DNA of 64,000 bases. Source: Anaeramoeba ignava BMAN. Lineage: Eukaryota > Protista > Anaeramoebae. Positions 9,451 to 21,200 of the stretch are shown here, piece by piece. A program made the position numbers and the translations under genes. The stretch spans positions 186,001 through 250,000 of the forward strand of contig JAPDFW010000072.1 of assembly GCA_028826165.1 (NCBI GenBank), in the 5' to 3' direction. The notes beneath the pieces were generated by a model. The model made no database searches, was not told the DNA's origin, and was given only the letters and a program-made list of their open reading frames with translations. How positions within the stretch are numbered: the stretch's first letter is position 1; each line of letters opens with the position of its first letter.

Positions 9451-12223
9451 TTAATTATCATCCAAAGAAAAAGATTGAAAATTAAAAGAAAATTGTTTTG
9501 AAATTTTTTCTTTAACAATTTTCAACTTTCGAGGAAAACCTGAAAGAGGATTTAATTGGAAATATTCATGAGCATCCTCAAGATCTAAAATTGATTTGAT
9601 TGAAATATTTTGATCAATTTCATCGAAATATAAAAACTTGATAAATTGTTGAATTGCTTCAAGACATTTTTCACTATAATCTTGAACTTTATTTGAAGAA
9701 TCATTTGTGGATAAGAACATTCCTCTAAAAATTTGAGTTCTGGAAGCCAAAATGAGTTGATGAGCTTTTACTTCAACATTTTTCACAATAATTGAGAAAT
9801 CTTTGCTTTTTTCATCTTCAAATAATCTTTTTATATCTGAAAGAAATCCTTTTTTTCCGTTTTTCGATTCAAATGATTTAATTTCAAAATCTTTCACTAA
9901 TTTTTCAATTTTTTCTTTTTGGTTTTCATTATCAATAAAAACAGAACCTGAATAAATCCATTTCAGAAAACAAATCACATCTGTTTTCGGAAGTAAAGCA
10001 AATTTGGAAACCAAAAAACTTGGTTCTTTTTGCGTTCTGCATTTTAATATTAAAGAATGAGCTTGAATTTCCTCTTTTTCTTTTGTTCGAATTGTGATGT
10101 CACAAAATTCATTTGATTCAAAAAAATTGAGAAAATCATCTTGAAAAGTTTTTTCACTTTGGATTAATTTCAAAATTTCTTCATTCATTTCTAAATCTGT
10201 TATTCTTTTTCCCTAAAAAAAAAAGTGGAATAAATTGGAAAATATATAATTTTGAATGAAAATTACATTCTAAATAAGAAAAATAAATAAAAACAAGAAA
10301 AAAAATATTTTAAAAAGGAATAAATTTACTTTCTTTTGATTTTTTTTTAAAAGATTTTTCAAATCAAATTAAATCAAATCAAATTAAATTATTTTTGCTT
10401 TTTTTTGTTAATAATAAAATTTACATCTAAATCATCCATTTCAAATTTTTCATTATTTATTGCATATTCAACTTCTTCAAAAGTAGCTTTATGTAAAATT
10501 AAGAAGAATAACAAAGAACGATCCTAATCAAAGGTATAAAAAAAGAGAAAATAAATTCCAAAAAATTTGTTCCACTTTTTTTTTTTTTTTGATAATTCAA
10601 TATTGAAATATTTAAATCTACAAACAGCTAAAAAATTTTGAGCACTTGAATAATTCTGATCTGCAGATTTTTTCATCCATTTATAAGATTCAATGAGATT
10701 TTTTTTGACACCTTCACCTTTCAAGTAAGAGTAAGCAATTCCATATTGACCTTCTGGTAAATCATCTTCTGCTGCTTCAAGATAAAATTGAGCAGCTTTT
10801 TTTTTATCCATTGGTGTTCCACGACCATAGAAATAGGAATTAGCCAAATTATATTTGGAAAGAGTGTAATTTTTTTCAGCAGCTTCTTTAAATAATTCGA
10901 AAGCTTTTTGATCATCTTTTTCAACACCATTTCCGTGATAATAACAAATTCCAAGATTATTAATACTGACAGTCTCTCCTAGATCAATTGCCTGGAGATA
11001 CAACTCCCTTGCGCGCTGATAATCACGAGTTACTCCTCTCCCGTGATAATAACAATTTCCAAGATTATTTAATGCTTTTGAACATCCAAACTCAATTGCT
11101 TTTTTATAAAATGTGATTGCTTTGTCATAACTTTGTTCACATTGGGTTCCATTATAATAATATAATCCAATTCCATTCATTCCTCTTGCATCACCAAATT
11201 TTTCTGCTTTTTGGAAATATTCAAATGCTTTTCCGTGATCTTCTTTGATATGATGTTCTGAAATTCCTAATCCTGTGTATATTTTCCCGTTTGTTGTATC
11301 TTTTTTTAATGCTTCTTTAAAGTATTCATATGATTTTTTATAATCCGTTTTTGTTCCTATTCCATCTGCATAGCAATATCCTAATTCAATTAATGCATTT
11401 AAATCTTTTTCTTCTTCTGTTAATTTTTTAAATATTTCAAATGCTATTTTTTGTTTTTGGTTATTTGAGTTTTTAGAGTAATCTACTGCGATTTTGAATA
11501 AAGATTCTTTATCATTTTCCATTAAAATTTGACTTAGATCTAAAATTTCAATTTGATTTTCATTTTGAATTTGATTTTGATTTTCATTTTGATTTTCATT
11601 TTCATTTTGAATTTGAATTTGATTTTCAATTTGATTTTGATTTTGAATTTGATTTTCATTTTGAATTTGAATTTGATTTTCAATTTGATTTTCAATTTGA
11701 TTTTCAATTTGATTTTGAATTTGATTTTCAATTTGATTTTGATTTTGATTTTGATTTTGATTTTGATTTTGATTTTGATTTTGATTTTGATTTTGATTTT
11801 GATTTTCAATTTGATTTTCAATTTGATTTTGATTTTGATTTTGATTTTGATTTTGATTTTGAATTTCATTTTCATTTTGGTTTAAATTTTCATTTTCAAT
11901 TTGATTTTCATTTTCATTTTGAATTTGATTTTGAATTTGATTTTCAATTTGATTTTCAATTTGATTTTCAATTTGATTTTCAATTTCAATTTCATTTTCC
12001 ATTTCATTTTCAATTTTGTTCAAAATTTGATTTAAATCCAAAATTTCATTTTCAATTTGATTTGAAATTTTATTTTGAATTTCATTTTCATTTTCATTTT
12101 GGTTTAAATTTGCATTTTCATTTTGGTTTAAATTTGCATTTTGGTTTAAATTTTCATTTTCATTTTGATTTGCATTTTCAATTAAATTTGATTTTCATTT
12201 TGGTTTAAATTTGATTGATTCAT
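9451..12223 (-). CDS. Spliced gene: N/Q/E low-complexity region + SEL1/TPR repeats + ankyrin-like linker + tandem BTB domains. Exons ~12223-10626, 10523-10425, 10332-10330, 10269-10267, 10212-9451
   Basis: SEL1 repeats (ALNNLGNCYYHGRGVTRDYQRA) and BTB motifs (FCDITI..IQAHSLIL; KDFSIIV..VKAHQLILASRTQIFRGMF). Phase-0 GT-AG introns join the two ORFs in frame. The upstream ATG at 12223 needs one homopolymer frameshift. Confidence 0.75.
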
Positions 12224-12353
12224 TTATATTATTTAAAAAAAAATGAAAAAAGGAAATTTTGGAAAAATTAATTTTTTTTGGCTCATCTTTTTATTTCCTA
12301 AAAAAAAAGAAAAAGAATTTTAAAAAAGAAATTTCTTCTTTTGCTTGTTGTAA

Positions 12354-13185
12354 TTAATTTTCTAATAATTTTTGAACATTTTCAAAAGTAATTTTTTTAA
12401 AAGCATAATTTGAACCAGTTGAAAAAGAAGCAGTTATTAAATTTATAAATTTTTTATAGAAAGTTTGCTTTTCTGAAATTTTATGAGTTTCTTTCTCGAA
12501 AAATTTTTCAACTGGAGAAGTAATTGATTTAGCAATAAAACCATCAATAAAACCACAAAGAAATTTAACACCTTCAAATTCCTGTTTTGAAAAAAAAGAG
12601 CGAATATTTGATTTTTCAATATCAGAATTCACCTTTTCAGTCAAAGCAAAAAAAGTTGATAAAAAAATAGCTTCCGTTAAAAAATTTGAGAAAAAACCTT
12701 TATATAATCCATTAAAAAATCCTCCTTTTTTATAAACTTGAATTAAGGATTCAAAAAAATTTGGATAAACTTCTTCTAATGAAATTTGACAACAAGATTT
12801 TGCTTCATATTCTCTATTTTTTTTTTGATATTTTTGAATATTTTGAACTAAAGTATCAAAAAGTGTTTTAAAAAATGCTGCTGCACATCCTGCAAATAAA
12901 CCTATTTTCCAAGTTTGCGCCTCAAATCCTTCGTCAGTTGGATTTGCTAATGATGATTTTGTGAAGTAGTTTTCAATTGTGTTTTTGATTTTTCGTGTAA
13001 CTTCCAAACATAATTGAATTTGAAATTGCTGATTTTGTAAAATTAGTGAAAATTTCTTCTTTTGAATCTGTGAAGAAAGGAACAAAACCATCAGAAAAAA
13101 TACCAGAAATCGCTCCACTTAAAAATGGTGAAAAAGATTTTTTATAAGAAGTAAAATTTTGAGAAGATTGATTTTGTTTATTCAT
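12354..13185 (-). CDS. Divergent mitochondrial carrier family (SLC25)-like protein, 1-nt frameshift at ~12990
   Basis: Three G/A-rich helices (FLSGAISG, LFAGCAAA, FLCGFIDG..SITSPVE) and the MCF-type segment SLIQVYKKGGFFNGLYKGF. ORFs 12973..13185 and 12354..13118 join at an A-run. Confidence 0.7.
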
Positions 13186-13286
13186 AATTTATTTTTTAAA
13201 TCAAAAAGAAAAAAAATGAAAATTAAAAAAATTAAAAATAAAAAAATAAAATAATTCAAAAAGAAAAACAACTATAAAGTTGCTTT

Positions 13287-13439
13287 TACGAAGCTTGGGG
13301 TTCGAACCCAAGTCCTTTTTTAATAATCCTTAATAATATTAAAGATTATTAAAAACGCTCTTCCAATGATAACCTATTAATTCGGATTTTTCAATAAAGA
13401 AAAATCAAGTAATTTAATAGGCTAATAGAGCTCCTTCGT
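13287..13439 (-). ncRNA. tRNA-like structured RNA: acceptor stem, D stem and T arm present; no canonical anticodon loop; extra hairpin in the D loop
   Basis: ACGAAG/CTTCGT terminal stem; GCTC..TTGGAA-GAGC D arm; T arm TTGGG-TTCGAAC-CCCAA (B box); 18-bp hairpin in the anticodon position. Confidence 0.6.
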
Positions 13440-13730
13440 TTTATTTTCAATTTTCAATTTTTATTTTAATTTTTTATTCCTATTTATATTCTTCTTTTAT
13501 TCCTATTTATATTCTTCTTTTAATTTTTTATTTTTAATTTTTATTCTTCTTTAAATTTTAATTTTTAATTTGACTTGTTGTTTATCTTTATTGATTTGGA
13601 AAAAAATTATTATTATTATTATTATTCTTTGTTTTTAAAAAAAAAGATTGGATTGAAAAAAAAAAATTTGAAAATGGAAAAAAATTTTCTAACCAAAATC
13701 TTGAAAGAGAAAAAAAAATAAAAGTTATTT

Positions 13731-16332
13731 TTAATTGTTTTCGATTTTCTTTTTCTCTTTTTTTCTTAAAATTCTTTCAAATCGAGAATCTCTTGCTCTA
13801 GCAACTGGTGTTCCTTTTTCAGTACAAATTAATTGAATATGACAAGGAGATGAATTGAAACCTAATTTTAATTTTAATTTTAATTTTAATTTTAATTTTA
13901 ATTTTAATTTTAATTTTAATTTTAATTTTAATTTTAATTTTAATTTTAATTTTAATTTTAATTTTAATTTTAATTTTAATTTTAATTTTAATTTTAATTT
14001 TATAAATTAATTTTAATTTTAATTTTAATTTTAATTTTAATTTTAATTTTAATTTTAATTTTAATTTTAATTTTAATTTTAATTTTAATTTTAATTTTAA
14101 TTTTAATTTTAATTTTAATTTTAATTTTTAATTTTAATTTTAATTTTAATTTTAATTTTAATTTTAATTTTAATTTTAATTTTAATTTTAATTTTAATTT
14201 TAATTTTAATTTTAATTTTATTAATTTTAATTTTAATTTTAATTTTAATTTTAATTTTAATTTTGATTTTAATTTTAATTTTAATTTTAATTTTAATTTT
14301 AATTTTAATTTTAATTTTAATTTTAATTTTAATTTTAATTTTAATTTTAATTTTAATTTTAATTTTAAATTTTAATTTTAATTTTAATTTTAATTTTAAT
14401 TTTAATTTTAATTTTAATTTTAATTTTTATTTTGAATTTTAATTTTTATTTTGAATTTTGAATTTTACTTGTAATTCTTCCATGAGCTCTAAATGTTCTT
14501 CTTCTTCCTGGAGTAGCTCTACTTACTTGAACATGAGAAACATAAAGTTTATCAACATCTAAACCTTTAGCTTTAGCATTTGATTCAGCATTCTTTAATA
14601 AAACCAATAAAAATTTAGCAGATTTTGCTGGCCATCTTCCTTGAGATGTTTTAAATTGTTTTGCTTGTGCACATCTTCCAATTCCTCCTTTAAATTTTCT
14701 GAAAGGAACGCATTGTTTTTTTTCAAGAACATCATTTAAATATTTTTGTGCATTTGGAAGTGATCTTTTACGAAGAGCTGCTGCAGTTTCTCTTGTATTC
14801 TATTAATTCATTAAATAAATTGTTTATAAATAAATTGTTTATAAATTGTTTATAAATAAATTGTTTATAAATAAATTGTTATAAATAAATAAATTGTTAT
14901 AAATAAATTATTATTAATAAATTGTTTATAAATAAATTATTATAAACAAATTGTTATAAATAAATTGTTTATAAATAAATTGTTTATAAATAAATTGTTA
15001 TAAATAAATTGTTATAAATAAATTGTTTATAAATAAATTGTTATAAATAAATTGTTTATAAATAAATTGTTATAAATAAATTGTTTATAAATAAATTGTT
15101 TTAAATAAATAAATTGTTTATAAATAAATTGTTTATAAATAAATTGTTTATAAATAAATTATTATAAATAAATTGTTTATAAATAAATTATTATAAATAA
15201 ATTGTTTATAAATAAATTATTATAAATAAATTTTATAAATAAATTGTTATAAATAAATTGTTTATAAATAAATTGTTATAAATAAATTATAAATAAATTA
15301 TTATAAATAAATTGTTATAAATAAATTGTTTATAAATAAATTGTTATAAATAAATTGTTTATAAATAATAAATTGTTTATAAATAAATTATTATAAATAA
15401 ATTAGTTATAAATAAATTATTATAAATAAATTGTTATAAATAAATTGTTATAAATTATTATACATAAATAAATTGTTATAAATAAATTAGTTATAATTTA
15501 AATAAATTATTATAGATAAATTATTATAAATAAAATAAATTGTTTATAAATAAATTGTTTTATAAATAAATTGTTTATAAATAAATTGTTTATAAATAAA
15601 TTGTTATAAATTGTTATAATTGTTTATAAATAAATTGTTTATAAATAAATTGTTATAAATAAATTGTTTATAATTAAATTATTATAAATAAATTATTATA
15701 AATAAATTGTTTATAAATAAATTGTTTATAAATAAATTATTATAAATAAATTGTTTATAAATAAATTATTATAAATAAATTGTTTATAAATATAAATTGT
15801 TTATAAATAAATTGTTATAAATAAATTGTTTTATAAAATAAATTGTTTATAAATAAATTGTTATAAATAAATTGTTTATAAATAAATTATTATAAATAAA
15901 TTGTTTATAAATAAATTGTTTATAAATAAATTGTTTATAAATAAATTGTTTATAAATAAATTGTTTATAAATAAATTGTTTATAATTAAATAAATAAATT
16001 GTTTATAAATATAAATAGTTTATAAATAAATAGTTTATAAATAAATTATTATAAATAAATTGTTTATAATTAAATAAATAAATTATTATAAATAAATTGT
16101 TTATAAATAAATTGTTTATAATTAAATTGTTTATAATTAAATTGTTTATAAATAAATTGTTTATAAATAAATTGTTTATAAATAAATTGTTGTTAAAATT
16201 GTTGTTAAAATTGTTGTTGAAATTGTTTTTGTAATGCTTTAAATTTAAATATAAATTTACCTTGAAATGAACTCTTAAATCTTTTCCCATTGCTTTAACT
16301 GATTTTTCTGTTGGTTCTCTTGAATATTTCAT
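13731..16332 (-). CDS. RPL17: 60S ribosomal protein L17 (uL22). Exons 16332-16261, 14799-14469, 13861-13731
   Basis: Spliced translation MKYSREP..DLRVHFK|[36 protein letters not shown]|[15 protein letters not shown] boundaries are in frame. Confidence 0.96.
13865..14460. repeat. (TTTTAA)n filling RPL17 intron 2
   Basis: Directly visible. Confidence 0.95.
14812..16190. repeat. ~15-bp tandem repeat (AAATAAATTGTTTAT)n filling RPL17 intron 1
   Basis: Directly visible, with variant units. Confidence 0.95.
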
Positions 16333-16580
16333 CTTATTTATTTTTTTGTGGTTTTTTTTTTCTCTTTCTTTTTGTGTTTTGTTTTGTTTTAAAATTTAAA
16401 TTTAAATTTTTTATAATTTATAATAGAATAAAAGAAAAAAAAACTTACAAAAAAAAAATGAAAAAAAAAATTTTTTTTTTAATTAAAAAAAATAAAAAAA
16501 AAAAATTAAATTATTCTTTTTTTTATCAAAATTACTAATTATTTTCTAATTTTATTTTTATTAATTTTTTTTTATCTTTT

Positions 16581-17129
16581 TCAAAATTTATGTGAAGAAG
16601 AATTAAAACGTAAAGCTGGCCCTTGTTTTCTTTGTCCAATTCTTCTAGAGACACTATCTCTTTGGAATTTTGAACTAAAAAAATAATCATTTAATTTTTT
16701 ATTATAATTTTCAATCTGAGACTTTGAATGTTTGTTTTTATATGGATTTTGAGGAAGTATAACAAGCTTCAGATTGCGCAATTCATTCTTCCGAATTTGT
16801 TGATTAACTTTCTTTCTTAATTTTCTTATTTTCTGACTTTTTTTCAAAACTTGGGTTGATCGATTTTTTTCTTCATTTTTTAATTGATTTTGATCGGAAT
16901 TTTTTTCTTCTAAAGCTGTTGGATTATATTTGTTAAGTTCCTCCAAAATGCTATCAGGCAAAAGTTCTGGTTTCTTTTGTTGAGTTGTTTTTTTTGTTTC
17001 CTTTTCTATATTTTCCTTGATTTTGGAATTAATTTCTTGATCTAATGCATTGATACTTTCTTTCCTATTTTTTTCTTGTTTTGGAAAATCTTCTTCTTTA
17101 AAAGAAATTGGAAAATGTTTTCTTTTCAT
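16581..17129 (-). CDS. Hypothetical basic, Lys-rich protein (possibly nucleolar)
   Basis: 182-aa non-repetitive ORF with coding-like composition; no family confidently recognised. Confidence 0.65.
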   Translation of the reverse strand: MKRKHFPISFKEEDFPKQEKNRKESINALDQEINSKIKENIEKETKKTTQQKKPELLPDSILEELNKYNPTALEEKNSDQNQLKNEEKNRSTQVLKKSQKIRKLRKKVNQQIRKNELRNLKLVILPQNPYKNKHSKSQIENYNKKLNDYFFSSKFQRDSVSRRIGQRKQGPALRFNSSSHKF

Positions 17130-18201
17130 TTCAGAGATGAAGAAAATTGCAATTAAAATGAAAGAAGTTGAAAGAAAAAATGGAAAAATAAAATTTGAAA
17201 AAAAATTTTTTATTGAATTTTTTTTGAAAAGGAAAAAATATAAAAAAAAGTCAAAAAATCAAATGAAGAATTTTCTAAATCATTTCAATTTTAAATTTTG
17301 ATTTTAATTTTAATTTTAATTTTGATTTTAATTTTAATTTTAAATTTTTAATTTTAATTTTAATTTTAATTTTAATTTTAATTTTAATTTTAAATTTTGA
17401 TTTTAATTTTAATTTTAATTTTAATTTTGATTTTAATTTTAATTTTAATTTTAATTTTAATTTTAAATTTTAATTTGGATTTTAATTTTAATTTTGATTT
17501 TAATTTTAATTTGGATTTGAATTTTAATTTTGATTTTGATTTTAAATTTTAATTTTAAATTTTAATTTTAATTTTTAAATTGAATTTTTTTTAAATCAGA
17601 AGAAAATTAATCTTTTTTTTAATTTAAATATTTAATTTTAATTTGGATTTAAACCGAAAATTATAAATTGCAATTTAGTTTTTTAAATAATTTTAAATTT
17701 TTAATAAATTTTAAAAGAAAAATTCTTTTAATTTTTAATTTAAAATCCTTTTATTTTTACATATTTGATAAATCAGATTTTGTTTTTCTTAATTGAATAT
17801 CTTTTTAAGTTCAATTTTTTATTTTTCATTTCATTTGGAAAAGAAAAATGAAAAATTACAATTGTTAAAAAATTTTTATTTTTCGAAAATTAAAATTATG
17901 CAAAAAAAGGCAACTAAATAATTTTTAAATTTTTTTTTTTTAATAAATTTTAAAAGAAAAATTCTTTTTAATTTTTAATTTAAAAAACTTCATTTTTTTT
18001 CCTTTTATTTTTTTTTTACATATTTGATAAAAGAACTTGTTGTGTTTTTTCTTAATTGTAACCAAATTGCAAAGAAAAGAACTAATGCAATAAGAAATTT
18101 TTTATATTTTTCAAATTTCATTTTAAAAAGGAAAAAAAAAAATGAAAAAAAAAATTCAAATTAAAAATTAATTTTTTTCATTTTTTTTCCTTTTTAAAAT
18201 T

Positions 18202-21200
18202 ATGGATAAAATTTCAATTAGTCTTGAATCAAATTTTTCAGATGTTAGAAAGTTTCCTATTAATTTTATTACTGTAGATATGCTTTTTGAGACTTTTTCT
18301 GTTGAAGTAAAATATTTAGAAGATCAATCACTTCAAAAAATTTTTCCAATAAATGGTGAGTTTGTAGATTTGAATCCAGCAAAAGAATATATAATTCCTG
18401 ATGAAAGAAATAATGAAAATGATAATCAAATGGTTCTTGTAAGAAACTTTAAAACTTTAAAAACTTTAAACACTTTAAAACAATTTAAATACAATTTAAA
18501 TACAATTTAAATACAATTTAAAAACAATTTAAATACAATTTAAATACAATTTAAATACAATTTAAATACAATTTAAATACAATTTAAAAACAATTTAAAT
18601 ACAATTTAAATTTAAAAACTTTAAAGTGCTTTAAAAAATTTAAAAACTTTTTAAAAACAATTTAAGCTTTAAAAAATTTAAAACTTTAAAAATTTAAAAA
18701 CAATTTAAATACAATTTAAATACAATTTAAAAACAATTTAAAATTTAACAATTTAAAAACAATTTAAATACAATTTAAATACAATTTAAATACAATTTAA
18801 ATACAATTTAAATACAATTTAAATACAATTTAAATACAATTTAAGAAACTTTAAAACTTTAAAACTTTAAAAACTTTAAACACTTTAAAACAATTTAAAA
18901 ACAATTTAAATATAATTTAAAAACAATTTAGATACAATTTAAAAACTTTAAAACAATTTAATACAATTTAAATACAATTTAAATACAATTTAAAAACAAT
19001 TTAAGAAACTTTAAAACAATTTAAATACAATTTAAATACAATTTAAAAACAATTTAAACACTTTAAAACAATTTAAATACAATTTAAAAACTTTAAAACA
19101 ATTTAATACAATTTAAATACAATTTAAACACAATTTAAAAAATTTAAAAATTTAAAAATAATTTAAATGATTTAAAATACAATTTAAATACAATTTAAAT
19201 ACAATTTAAATACAATTTAAATACAATTTAAAAACAATTTAAATACAATTTAAATACAATTTAAATACAATTTAAACAATTTAAAACAATTTAAATACAA
19301 TTTAAATACAATTTAAACAATTTAAAACAATTTAAATACAATTTAAAACAATTTAAAAACAATTTAAAAAAATTTAAAAACAATTTAAAATACAATTTAA
19401 ATACAATTTAAAAACACTTTAAAACAATTTAAAAACAATTTAAAAACTTTAAAACAATTTAAAACAATTTAAATTTTAAATACAATTTAAATACAATTTA
19501 AAAACAATTTAAATACAATTTAAATACAATTTAAATACAATTTAAATACAATTTAAAAACAATTTAAAAACAATTTAAATACAATTTAAATACAATTTAA
19601 ATACAATTTAAAAACACTTTAAAACAATTGTTAAAACAAAATTAATTTTAAAATTTACAAAATTTCAAATTTATTTTCAAGGATCCTCTTCCTAAAGTTA
19701 TTGAACAAATAAATCCAAAAGAACCTCAATTAAAATTCTTAATTCAATTAAGAAAACATTTATCAGTTGAATCACATCCACCAATTGAACAAGCTATACA
19801 ATTAGGAGTAATTTCAAAATTGGTTGAATTACTTCACTCTCAAAGCACAGAAATTCAAGTTAATAATTCAAAATGATTAAAAAACAAATTATTCAAATCA
19901 ATTTGTTCAAATTTATTTTCAAATTTATTTTCAAATTTATTTTCAAATTTATTTTCAAATTTATTTTCAAATTTATTTCCAAATTTATTTCCAAATTTAT
20001 TTCCAAATTTATTTCCAAATTTATTTCCAAATTTATTTCCAAATTCATTTCTAAATTTATTTCCAAATTTATTTTATAAATAAATTTAGTTTGAATCTGC
20101 TTGGATTTTAACAAATATTGCTTCAGGAAATACAAGACAAACACAAGCAGTTGTTCAACATGGAGCATTACCAGTTTTTGTTGAATTACTTAATTCACCT
20201 TCAGAAGAAGTTCGAGATCAAGTATTAAAATAAATATTTGAAAAAGAAGATCAAAAAAGAGAAATTCTTAATTAATTTATTTAAATTTTCTTTTGACAAA
20301 AAAGGTTGTTTGGGCAATTGGAAATATTGCAGGAGTTTCTGTTTATTTGAAATTAGAGTAAATTTATTTCTAAAATTCTAATTTATTTTATAAATCAAAG
20401 TTTTGTTTTTCAACAACTAACAAATATTGTTTGGACAATTTCAAAATTTATGCAGTTGTTCAAAACCATTACCAGTTTTTTTCTGAAGTAAATTAAATCA
20501 AATTTCAAATTCAAATTCGAAATCAAATAAAATCAAATTTGAAATTAAATCAAAAAAAAATCAAATCTTAAATTAATTTATTTAAATTTTCTTTTGAAAA
20601 AATTCAAATTTAAATTTAAAAAAATTCAAATCAAATTGGTTTAAATCAAATTTAAATTCAAATTCGCTCAAATTAAATCAAATAAATTTAAATTAATATT
20701 CTTTCTAATCAAACTTGACTTTCAACAACTAGAAATGTTGTTTGGACAATTTCTAATTTATGTAGAGGAAAACCAAAACCAGAATTTTCTGAAGTAAATC
20801 AAATTAAATTAAATCAAATTAAATCAAATTAAATCAAATTAAATCAAATCAAATCAAATCAAATCAAATCAAATCAAATCAAATCTTAAATTAAATTAAA
20901 TTTAAATTCAATTAAATTAAATTAAATCAATTCAAATCAAATCAAATCAAATCAAATCAATTCAAATCAAATCAAATCAAATCAAATCAAATCAAATCAA
21001 ATCAAATCAAATTCAAATCAAATCAAATTAAATTAAAATCAAATTAAATTAAATCAAATTAAATTTAAATCAAATTAAATTAAATTAAATTAAATTAAAT
21101 CAAATAAATTTAAATTAAATGAATTTAGATTTCAAAAATTCTTCCTTTTCTTTTAAAAATTCTTTATTCAGAAGATGAAGTTACAGTTAATGATGCTTTA

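Noticed and set aside
13287-13439. Calling the element a standard tRNA-Leu(TAA)
   Set aside because: No U33, no 7-nt anticodon loop, no long variable arm and an irregular acceptor/position 8-9 geometry; kept only as tRNA-like.
16333-16448. Possible 5' UTR intron of RPL17 (GTAAGT at 16448, AG immediately before the ATG)
   Set aside because: Plausible, but there is no reading-frame constraint to test it; needs cDNA.
20335-20720. Apparent extra or alternative importin-alpha exon
   Set aside because: The sequence is a blend of neighbouring exons and introns with broken frames, and the expected ARM segment is missing; most likely a mis-polished assembly segment.
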